34,910 nucleotides of DNA from a virus (taxonomy: Duplodnaviria; Caudoviricetes), in IMG/VR virus record IMGVR_UViG_3300025530_000031, positions 1-34,910 of that record; one strand, 5' to 3'. Numbering within the stretch: position 1 is the first letter of the stretch; the number at the start of each line of letters is the position of its first letter. The notes below the pieces were generated by a model. It was not told the DNA's origin. It did not search any database and was given only the letters and a program-made list of their open reading frames with translations. Made by a program: the position numbers and the translations under genes. Below, piece by piece: positions 1-6,659 of the stretch.

Positions 1-54
1 AACTTCCAACTGCCATTTATTCTTGGCTCTTTGCCTGCAATAACCTTTGGCCAT
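1..54 (-). CDS. 5' end of probable tyrosine integrase (arm-binding N-terminus), runs off the window
   Basis: ATG at 54 with AGGAGG RBS (65-70); MAKGYCRQRAKNKWQLEV resembles integrase arm-binding N-termini; expected position at the end of the lysogeny module. Confidence 0.65.
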   Translation of the reverse strand, partial: MAKGYCRQRAKNKWQLEV

Positions 55-75
55 TTTGTATTTTCCTCCTTTTCG

Positions 76-89
76 GGAATATATGTTCT
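76..89. promoter_or_regulatory. Possible LexA/DinR (Cheo) box upstream of the integrase
   Basis: GGAAT-ATAT-GTTCT, one mismatch from the Bacillus GAAC-N4-GTTC core. Confidence 0.4.
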
Positions 90-101
90 GTTTTAATTTA
101 T

Positions 102-130
102 AAAAGATGGCGTACTGGTGTACACCATTT
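102..130 (-). terminator. Intrinsic terminator after the nuclease gene
   Basis: Minus strand ATGGTGTAC-ACCA-GTACGCCAT followed by CTTTT. Confidence 0.55.
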
Positions 131-138
131 AAATCTAT

Positions 139-1284
139 TTATCTTTCACATGCAAAATTATCTTTGTCTCTGTCCATTTTCGATTGATATGCAGGATGTC
201 CGGCAGGAACACCATTCGGATATACTTTTGTTAACTCGGTACAGTTTGCATAGTATTCTGTTCCTCCTGACGTTGCAGGAGTGCTTGGTGCAGGAGCGCT
301 ATTTGCAGGAGCGCTAGGGTTGCTGGAAGAACTTGAACTACTACTTGATGACGATCCACTTGATGAACCGCTTGCTGTAGACGCTGGATCTAAGTCCCCC
401 TTAGTTGTTCCATTTTCACCATATGCCCATAGACCAGTCCCGTTTGTTCGTGCTTCTCTAGCAAATTTTACAAAATAGTCACTGTATTTTACATCTGGTG
501 GATAGGTAGAAGGTTCTGCATATCCATTAATCACTAAATCAGCATTGAACATTTTTGTTCGGATTTCGTTTTCGTCTATATCGTTTGTTGGAATATCTAA
601 CCAAACAATCCTTAACAATCTTCCGTATCTATCTGTTTCAGATACATCTTTTTGCAAATATATTTGCTTGCCTTCAAGTTTTGACTTTGTATAATTGCTT
701 GCTTCTTTTCCATAAGTTTCAGTCCGATTCGTTGATTCAGGCGTATTTACTCCAATCAGCCTAACTTTTGATCCGTCAGAGAGTTCCAATGTGTCTCCAT
801 CGACTACCCTGGAAACTGTGGCTGACACTAAGCCTAGACTTTGAATGTGATTTTGTTTTTCTTGTTCAGCTTTTGCTTGAGCCTCGGCTGCGGCTTTTTC
901 TGCTTCCTCTTTAGCCTTCTGTTCGGCTGCAAGTTTTTCTGCTTCTTCCTTAGCTTTCTTTTCTTCTTCTATTTTTTTCTTTTCAGCTTCTTGTTTTTCT
1001 TTCTCTATATTTTTTTCTTTTGCCTCGTCTGATTTTACACTTGATGCAACATCTGCTTCTTTTGTTATATTTGTAGTATCAGTAGTTCCAACGCCGATTA
1101 ATGCAACGACGACTCCAACAATTAAAATAGTAAGGGGTTTTTTCGAAGTAACTTTCAGCTTCTTATTTATTTTCCATTCATAGAATCCCCAAATTGCTAA
1201 TCCTAAACCGATTGTAAATAAGGGGAAATTAACCAAAAGTGATAAAAGGACAATGATTAAAAAGACCCAGAGTAATATTTTCAT
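139..1284 (-). CDS. Membrane-anchored thermonuclease (SNase family) with C-terminal Excalibur calcium-binding domain (YokF/YncB-like)
   Basis: N-terminal hydrophobic helices, E/K/A coiled-coil stalk, SNase motifs VVDGDT, RLIGVNTPE and DRYGRLL, Ser/Pro linker, Excalibur motif YANC...DRDKDNFACE. Confidence 0.9.
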   Translation of the reverse strand: MKILLWVFLIIVLLSLLVNFPLFTIGLGLAIWGFYEWKINKKLKVTSKKPLTILIVGVVVALIGVGTTDTTNITKEADVASSVKSDEAKEKNIEKEKQEAEKKKIEEEKKAKEEAEKLAAEQKAKEEAEKAAAEAQAKAEQEKQNHIQSLGLVSATVSRVVDGDTLELSDGSKVRLIGVNTPESTNRTETYGKEASNYTKSKLEGKQIYLQKDVSETDRYGRLLRIVWLDIPTNDIDENEIRTKMFNADLVINGYAEPSTYPPDVKYSDYFVKFAREARTNGTGLWAYGENGTTKGDLDPASTASGSSSGSSSSSSSSSSSNPSAPANSAPAPSTPATSGGTEYYANCTELTKVYPNGVPAGHPAYQSKMDRDKDNFACER

Positions 1285-2354
1285 ATTTTTAATTCCTCCA
1301 CAAATTTAAATCCCTTTGTTTTTAAGAATTTCATATTGTGTTGAAACTGCTCGATAGTGTCCGAACAATCAATACAAGATAAATTGATAGATTCGACTTT
1401 TTCTCGTGGGAATAATACTGACAAAATACATCCATACTCTTCAACTGATTCAGCAGGTGCTTCATCATATACATTTACAATTACTTCACCAACTGGAAGA
1501 AGATTTATAAATTCCCTTGCAATACGTAAAGCACTGCTACATACATAGTCCTGATAAAGCTGTAGATATTTTCCTTTTGCCATATTCTTTTCTGAAAGTT
1601 TTCCTGTTTTGGTTAAAGAAAGTACCGTGGTAGGAACAACAGAACGGTTATGAATATCTAATTTTGCGATAACCTTACTGGGAGATACAAACTTAAAAGT
1701 TATACTGCTTCCTAAGTTTTTAATGTCCTCAAATGGATTTACGTCTGCTATGACAGTAGACCATGTATTGAAATCATGATTTAAAACTTTTTGAGCAGTA
1801 TTTTTTTCAGTCTCCCAAGTATTATAAATCACTTTATCTTTCTCTCTCGCTTGGTCCATTTGTTCGTAAAGTCCTCTTTTTCTTGCTTCAACCCGGTTGA
1901 AAAATTTGTCTCTCCTTGAAGGGGTAAAGGAATCAACTTTCATTTTCATTTCTTTAACATGTGGCCCATCTTCATTGATGTCAAAAGGTGGGTTTGACGT
2001 TAAAATTTCATTCCAGTCAATTGGTTCTGAAACATTTTCATGAACCGTAGTTAGCCCGGCAATAAGTGATTCGTACATCCGAACGAGTTCCGCGGCTTTC
2101 TCAACTTGTTGTTGTTTTTGTCTCTCTCTTTGAATTTGTTGGTAACTTGTTCTAGTTGAACTTTTGGGGCTTGACGATATTCTTTTTTGGTATGATAATC
2201 CAGTCCCAGGAATTCCAGCACTCATGGTTGTTCCTCGACTACTTGTGCTGACACGAAAACCTTTTCCGCCGGCCGAGAAACCAACCCCTTTTTTACCGAC
2301 ATTTAATCTTACTCCGGGTGCAACCTTAAAACTTTTTCGGAATCTGATTCCCAT
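1281..2354 (-). CDS. DUF4236 domain-containing protein
   Basis: N-terminus MGIRFRKSFKVAPGVRLNVGKKG...GIPGTGLSY is the DUF4236 signature; GGAGG RBS. Confidence 0.85.
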   Translation of the reverse strand: MGIRFRKSFKVAPGVRLNVGKKGVGFSAGGKGFRVSTSSRGTTMSAGIPGTGLSYQKRISSSPKSSTRTSYQQIQRERQKQQQVEKAAELVRMYESLIAGLTTVHENVSEPIDWNEILTSNPPFDINEDGPHVKEMKMKVDSFTPSRRDKFFNRVEARKRGLYEQMDQAREKDKVIYNTWETEKNTAQKVLNHDFNTWSTVIADVNPFEDIKNLGSSITFKFVSPSKVIAKLDIHNRSVVPTTVLSLTKTGKLSEKNMAKGKYLQLYQDYVCSSALRIAREFINLLPVGEVIVNVYDEAPAESVEEYGCILSVLFPREKVESINLSCIDCSDTIEQFQHNMKFLKTKGFKFVEELKI

Positions 2355-2423
2355 GTTTTCAATCCCTCCATTAATTAAAAAACAGAAGTACTAATCTTTA
2401 TACAAAAAATACCAGCCAAATAC

Positions 2424-2573
2424 CTAAAGCAAAAAACCAATAAAAGTAATAATCATCACCCCACTACCAGAATCCTTTTCTCCATAATTTACAAAATATG
2501 ACGCAAATGCAGAGAAAATAAAAGATACTAGAAAAATGATAACAACCGCAATTAACCCTCCGAAAAAGCCCAT
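2424..2573 (-). CDS. Small membrane protein (possibly shortened by a homopolymer slip)
   Basis: GAGGAG RBS before ATG at 2573; hydrophobic MGFFGGLIAVVIIFLVSFIF... Confidence 0.6.
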   Translation of the reverse strand: MGFFGGLIAVVIIFLVSFIFSAFASYFVNYGEKDSGSGVMIITFIGFLL

Positions 2574-2586
2574 TCCTTGACTCCTC

Positions 2587-3009
2587 TCATAAAAGCCTTT
2601 CCATCTCATACGGGATTCCGTTTTCTCTTAAAACATCAAACTTTGTTTCGTAATCTTCCAAGTTTTTATCATAGAGCAATAGATTAACAGCGAATTCATT
2701 TGCTTCGCGTTCGATTTTATCCTTTGAAAAAAACGTGTTCTTGTGAAGAAACGGTGTATTTTCATTTGGGTGTAAAATAGCATGTCCGAGTTCGTGGGCA
2801 CAGACAAACATAATTAAATATTCATCTATGTCACAATTAATTGTAATCACCTGTTGCCTGACATTTTTCATATAAAAGCCAAGAGTATTCCCTAAGGGGA
2901 AATATCTTATGATAATATTTTTGTGTTTAGCGATTTCAAATGGATTATTTGTTTTTGCTTTTTTTATTTCTCTTTCTAATCGTTCCATAATCCACTTCAA
3001 ATCGATCAC
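2587..3009 (-). CDS. immA: ImmA/IrrE-family metallopeptidase (anti-repressor protease)
   Basis: HELGH zinc motif and EREANEFA; directly downstream of the XRE repressor. Confidence 0.9.
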   Translation of the reverse strand: MIDLKWIMERLEREIKKAKTNNPFEIAKHKNIIIRYFPLGNTLGFYMKNVRQQVITINCDIDEYLIMFVCAHELGHAILHPNENTPFLHKNTFFSKDKIEREANEFAVNLLLYDKNLEDYETKFDVLRENGIPYEMERLL

Positions 3010-3467
3010 TCCTTATCTTTACGATATTTTTTTGGAGTGAATTTTTGTTTTGCAAGTTGTTTTGTTAATTCAAGGTTGCTTTTGATTGCAGTCTTTACCA
3101 ATTCTTTTGTTTCTTCATCCATAGGTTCACCGTCAAAAGCTAGACCGGTATCCGAATCCATTGCTTCCAAAATTCTTTCGAGCTGTTTCGCTATGTCCTT
3201 TTTATCTTTTGCGGTTAGTTCTGGAAGTTTGTTATTAGGCTGCTTAGGATTATTAGTTCTTCCTTGCAGATAATCCGTTGTAACATCAAATAAATCAGCT
3301 ATTTTATTGATTGTTTCGGGTGGAGGTGTCTTGGTTCCATTTTCATATGCTGTATATGTGGTCCTAGCAACACCTATTAAATCTGCAACATACCCTTGTG
3401 TAAACTTGCTATTCTCTTTTTTCTTTTGCTCTCTCAATTGTTTTAGTCTTTTTCCTAGTATTTCCAT
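3006..3467 (-). CDS. XRE-family immunity repressor (ImmR/CI-like)
   Basis: HTH TQGYVADLIGVARTTYTAYENG; divergent from cro; no LexA-type autoprotease domain. Confidence 0.9.
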   Translation of the reverse strand: MEILGKRLKQLREQKKKENSKFTQGYVADLIGVARTTYTAYENGTKTPPPETINKIADLFDVTTDYLQGRTNNPKQPNNKLPELTAKDKKDIAKQLERILEAMDSDTGLAFDGEPMDEETKELVKTAIKSNLELTKQLAKQKFTPKKYRKDKE

Positions 3468-3501
3468 AAATAAATCACATCACTTTTTCTGTACTATCTT
3501 A

Positions 3502-3530
3502 ATTATAATGTTACTTTTAGAAACTTTAAA
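3502..3530 (-). promoter_or_regulatory. Leftward sigma-A promoter for the repressor operon
   Basis: Minus strand TTTAAA-17 nt-TATAAT; operator 1 lies in the spacer. Confidence 0.65.
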
Positions 3531-3624
3531 TATATTGTTCCTAAGAGTAAAACTTTTTTATAAAAAATATTGACATGTTTCTTTAAGGAACTTATAATAT
3601 AATTACAAAGTTACTTAAAGGAAC
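3510..3624. promoter_or_regulatory. Four 15-bp palindromic operators GTTHCT-N3-AGDAAC
   Basis: GTTACTTTTAGAAAC 3510, GTTCCTAAGAGTAAA 3537, GTTTCTTTAAGGAAC 3577, GTTACTTAAAGGAAC 3610. Confidence 0.8.
3570..3598 (+). promoter_or_regulatory. Rightward early lytic sigma-A promoter
   Basis: Perfect TTGACA-17 nt-TATAAT with operator 3 in the spacer. Confidence 0.9.
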
Positions 3625-3643
3625 GTTTTGGAGGTGATACCAT

Positions 3644-3880
3644 TTGAGATACTGGCTAAAAGATATTCGCAAATCGAAAAACTTAACTCATGAAGAAGTT
3701 GCAAAAGAAAGTAATATTTCAAGAAGTTTCTATACACATATAGAAAATGGCACTAAAACTCCTAGCGTTGATGTTGCTAAGAAAATAGCAACTGCCTTAG
3801 GTTTTGATTGGACGCTTTTTTTTGAAAACAAATGTTCCTTTAAAGAACAAAATGAGTCAAGAAAACCAAAAACAGCATAA
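3644..3880 (+). CDS. Cro-like XRE HTH regulator
   Basis: Short HTH LTHEEVAKESNISRSFYTHIENG; GGAGGTG RBS, TTG start. Confidence 0.88.
   Translation: MRYWLKDIRKSKNLTHEEVAKESNISRSFYTHIENGTKTPSVDVAKKIATALGFDWTLFFENKCSFKEQNESRKPKTA
3834..3848. promoter_or_regulatory. Fifth operator copy, inside the cro 3' end
   Basis: GTTCCTTTAAAGAAC, near match to the operator consensus. Confidence 0.6.
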
Positions 3881-3892
3881 GGAGGCGATCTG

Positions 3893-4666
3893 ATGAATCA
3901 ATTACAAATTTTTAGCTTTAACGAAAATCAAGTTAGAACAATTTTGATAAATAATGAACCTTGGTTTGTTGCAAAAGATGTAGCTAAGATTTTAGGTTTT
4001 GATCACACACCAACAATGACACGAACGCTAGAAGATGATGAAAAGGGGGTACACATTATACACACCCCTGGTGGCGAACAACAAATGACAATTATTAATG
4101 AACCTGGTTTATATTCGGCTATTTTAAAAAGTCGTAAACCCGAAGCTAAGGAGTTCAAACGCTGGATCACTCATGAAGTTATCCCGGCTATCCGGAAACA
4201 CGGTGCATACATGACACCGGAAACAATAGAGAAAGTATTAACAGATCCAGATACAATCATTAAACTTGCAACAAATTTAAAAGAAGAAAGAGCTAAACGG
4301 ATGGCAGCCGAAGCTCTAGTTGAAAAGCAAAAACCAAAAGTTATTTTTGCTAAAGCAGTTGAAACGAGTGACGACACTATTCTAGTTGGTCAACTAGCCA
4401 AAATTATTGCGCAAAACGGTATAAAAATTGGTCAAAACCGACTTTTCCAATGGATGCGTGACAATGGCTATCTTGGTAAGAAAGGCGCTCATTATAATGA
4501 ACCCACTCAATATTCAATGGACTTAGGCCTGTTCGAAGTAAAAGAACGAACAGTAAATAACCCAGATGGTTCCATAAGAATTACCAGAACAACAAAAGTA
4601 ACAGGTAAAGGTCAAATCTATTTCGTTAATAAATTTCTAAGTCTAAAAGAAAAGGAGGCAATCTAA
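3893..4666 (+). CDS. Phage antirepressor (BRO-N plus ANT/KilAC)
   Basis: EPWFVAKDV, INEPGLY and FKRWITHEVIPAIRKHGAY; C-terminal GQNRLFQWMRD...TKVTGKGQIYF. Confidence 0.92.
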   Translation: MNQLQIFSFNENQVRTILINNEPWFVAKDVAKILGFDHTPTMTRTLEDDEKGVHIIHTPGGEQQMTIINEPGLYSAILKSRKPEAKEFKRWITHEVIPAIRKHGAYMTPETIEKVLTDPDTIIKLATNLKEERAKRMAAEALVEKQKPKVIFAKAVETSDDTILVGQLAKIIAQNGIKIGQNRLFQWMRDNGYLGKKGAHYNEPTQYSMDLGLFEVKERTVNNPDGSIRITRTTKVTGKGQIYFVNKFLSLKEKEAI

Positions 4667-4667
4667 C

Positions 4668-4901
4668 ATGGAAACCATGACATCCAAAGAAGCTGCCGAA
4701 TACATCGGCGTCAGTGTAAATACCCTTCGTAAATACGTTCATGAAGAAGGGTTACCGGTTTTAAAATTTCCGGGTCGCCGGAAGTGGATCTTTCGGAAAG
4801 ATCTAATCGACGATTGGGTTGCAAGTTGTTCGAAGCCAACAGTTTACATTAACAATGAACCGGTTAAAGAATATGGAAAACTTCGGGTTTTATTACCTTG
4901 A
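4668..4901 (+). CDS. Excisionase-like HTH_17 DNA-binding protein
   Basis: MTSKEAAEYIGVSVNTLRKYV...W.FRKDLIDDW. Confidence 0.8.
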   Translation: METMTSKEAAEYIGVSVNTLRKYVHEEGLPVLKFPGRRKWIFRKDLIDDWVASCSKPTVYINNEPVKEYGKLRVLLP

Positions 4902-4966
4902 TTACAGAATACCGCTATTTCTTGTATATAAAAATACGGTTTTGAATACAAAGGAGGATTTAAAAA

Positions 4967-5473
4967 GTGATAGGGGGAGCTCTTCGTAAACTACGTGAGG
5001 CAGAAGAGCTTACTCAAGAGCAACTAGCGTTTGACCTCAACGTGAGTAAGCAACTTGTTTCGCACATTGAAAACGGAAGAAGAAAAATGCAAGAAGATAT
5101 TGCACGGGCGGCACTAACTACATATGACTGTCCGGAAGTCGCAACAGAACTTATCTATGAATTTAGTGGTGGTTATACATCTCCATTGTTATCAGGAAAG
5201 GCAATCGAGCGGCATCGGTTAGCGCTTGAGGAGTTCGCCATCCGAGAAACCAAAGAGGCAATCAAAATACTGGATGAAGTAAGTTTGATTAAACCGCCGG
5301 GAGAGACCACCAAGGAAGAAAGGGAAAGAATCGCTCAAGTAATTGATGAACTGATTGACGCAGAGGCGGCAATAAACAATTTAAAAGCTGTGCTCGCAAA
5401 AGAATACAGAATCAGTTTAAAAAAACGGTATGAAGGGCGTAAACCAGTTTGGAAAGCGAAAGGGTGGATATAG
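4967..5473 (+). CDS. XRE-family HTH protein
   Basis: LTQEQLAFDLNVSKQLVSHIENG; GGAGG RBS. Confidence 0.85.
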   Translation: MIGGALRKLREAEELTQEQLAFDLNVSKQLVSHIENGRRKMQEDIARAALTTYDCPEVATELIYEFSGGYTSPLLSGKAIERHRLALEEFAIRETKEAIKILDEVSLIKPPGETTKEERERIAQVIDELIDAEAAINNLKAVLAKEYRISLKKRYEGRKPVWKAKGWI

Positions 5474-5475
5474 AG

Positions 5476-5751
5476 ATGGAATTTAACTATGAAGAGTTTA
5501 AAGAAAAATTTGGTGAAGCAGTGGCTGATTTTGTGAAAAACGAGATTAAAACTGCAGAAGATTTTGGCTTGAAATGGAAACTTGAAATCAACTATAAAAA
5601 CGAACATTGGATTAGTTTATTGTTCGTCACAACTATAGACGCTATGAGTATAAAAGTTTATAAGCAGGCGAAAAAAATCAAATCGGTAGATCGGATTTTT
5701 AGACTAGAGTGTGAACAGGCTTTGAAAATCATGAAAGAACTGGGGGCTTGA
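5476..5751 (+). CDS. Hypothetical phage protein
   Basis: ORF tightly coupled in the early operon. Confidence 0.65.
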   Translation: MEFNYEEFKEKFGEAVADFVKNEIKTAEDFGLKWKLEINYKNEHWISLLFVTTIDAMSIKVYKQAKKIKSVDRIFRLECEQALKIMKELGA

Positions 5752-5753
5752 AT

Positions 5754-5861
5754 ATGGACTTTGCAGACATCTATCTGATTTTTGTTGTAACAGCTTCAAT
5801 GATTGTTTGCTATAAAATCATGCGGGATGAAGCCAAAGAGGAGAAAAAACAAAAGCGATAG
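5754..5861 (+). CDS. 35-aa single-TM peptide (not in the ORF track)
   Basis: MDFADIYLIFVVTASMIVCYKIMRDEAKEEKKQKR; GGGGG RBS; hydrophobic N-terminus and basic tail. Confidence 0.6.
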   Translation: MDFADIYLIFVVTASMIVCYKIMRDEAKEEKKQKR

Positions 5862-5947
5862 TCGTCGGCAAACAACTATCGCACGTATTGGAAAAACATC
5901 AAATTCAACACATTTTTATTATAACTGATGGGCATTGAGCCCGTCAA
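5844..5947 (-). ncRNA. Antisense small-RNA unit 1 (promoter plus terminator)
   Basis: Minus strand TTGACG-18-TATAAT (5947-5918), then an 11-bp hairpin (5882-5855) and U-tract. Confidence 0.6.
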
Positions 5948-6010
5948 CATGGTCATGAGGTAAAGACACCTTCCTAACATTCCCCCTCTTGGCCATGTTG
6001 ATTGGCTTAA
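5935..6010 (+). ncRNA. Long hairpin with C/U-rich loop (candidate sRNA)
   Basis: TTGAGCC.GTCAACATGGTCA.GAGG pairs with CCTC.TGGCCATGTTGAT.GGCTTAA. Confidence 0.55.
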
Positions 6011-6046
6011 AAGTCAATCTCTAGCTGTCTTTTTCAACCGAGCGAG

Positions 6047-6134
6047 AGCGTGCCATGATCCGTGACCGGGGAGCCGCACCCATAATACATATCGAGCAGC
6101 GTGGAAAACTGTTCGGGGTCATTGCCATGACGTT
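6047..6134 (+). ncRNA. Structured three-way-junction RNA
   Basis: P1 ATGATCC/GGGTCAT, P2 GTG-AC-CGG(GGAG)CCG-CAC, P3 CGAGCAG/CTGTTCG; GC-rich island with no convincing ORF. Confidence 0.55.
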
Positions 6135-6140
6135 GCAAAC

Positions 6141-6266
6141 GAGGTAGTGGCGGAATAGGTAAACGCTAAAGCACGCCCTTAATGAGACCAGCGTATAGGC
6201 AGTGGAAATAGGCTTGGGCTGGACGATCGCTGTCATGCAAGGTGCAAATCCTTGCCTACCTCACCA
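6141..6266 (+). ncRNA. tRNA-Leu-like element with non-canonical, expanded anticodon region
   Basis: Acceptor GAGGTAG/CTACCTC + A + CCA; D-arm GCG-GAATAGGTAAA-CGC; T-arm GCAAGG-TGCAAAT-CCTTGC; ~69-nt middle with no canonical anticodon stem. Confidence 0.75.
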
Positions 6267-6283
6267 AAATAATAGGAAAGGAA

Positions 6284-6472
6284 ATGAAAATCATGGATAC
6301 ATTTCAGGTACATGAATGTACACAAATTCATCTGACAACAGGAGAAGTATTCGTTTTAGACAATGATATGAAAACAAAGCAAAGTTGCACAGAATGGGAT
6401 GTTCATCGTTTTTTCCAAGAGGGGATTTTAAAAGAAGTGAAAGAAGGTGAAAAATATGCAGTTTGCAGTTGA
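6284..6472 (+). CDS. Hypothetical phage protein
   Basis: AGGAAAGG RBS; start at 6284 or 6293. Confidence 0.6.
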   Translation: MKIMDTFQVHECTQIHLTTGEVFVLDNDMKTKQSCTEWDVHRFFQEGILKEVKEGEKYAVCS

Positions 6473-6659
6473 AAATCCGATGGTTCATTGGAAAGAAGAA
6501 GAACCGAAAGTTGTTGGATACTGTGAAGGTTGTGGAGAAGAAATTTATGAAGGTGATGATGTCTACGATTATGACGGTGGAATGATTCATCAAGATTCTA
6601 GCTGTTGCATGGATTATGTAGCAAATATGTCACGGTGCATTGTCGCAGGTGAAAATTAA
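6456..6659 (+). CDS. Small Cys-rich (zinc-binding-like) phage protein
   Basis: CEGCGEEIYEGD...H...CC; AGAAGGTG RBS. Confidence 0.7.
   Translation: MQFAVENPMVHWKEEEPKVVGYCEGCGEEIYEGDDVYDYDGGMIHQDSSCCMDYVANMSRCIVAGEN

Noticed and set aside
281-1032. Plus-strand ORFs 281..478, 555..764 and 841..1032
   Set aside because: Antisense shadows of low-complexity segments of the nuclease gene
1-4000. Arbitrium (aimR/aimP) or Rap-Phr signalling
   Set aside because: No TPR receptor or secreted pro-peptide gene seen; the switch is ImmA/ImmR type
6047-6134. Known self-cleaving ribozyme, riboswitch or group II intron domain V
   Set aside because: No hammerhead CUGANGA/GAAA core, HDV-type nested pseudoknot or complete domain V that I could verify by eye; left unassigned pending cmscan
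6141-6266. Canonical tRNA-Leu(UAA), intron-containing tRNA, or att-site tRNA fragment
   Set aside because: CTTAA is not enclosed by a 5-bp anticodon stem; the insert is far too short for a group I intron; both tRNA ends are present and the element is mid-operon, not at a prophage boundary
6021-6283. ORF 6021..6236 (-) and the GTG start at 6242
   Set aside because: They overlap the structured RNA cluster, lack an RBS and run against or into the tRNA-like arms; the downstream gene more plausibly starts at 6284 or 6293
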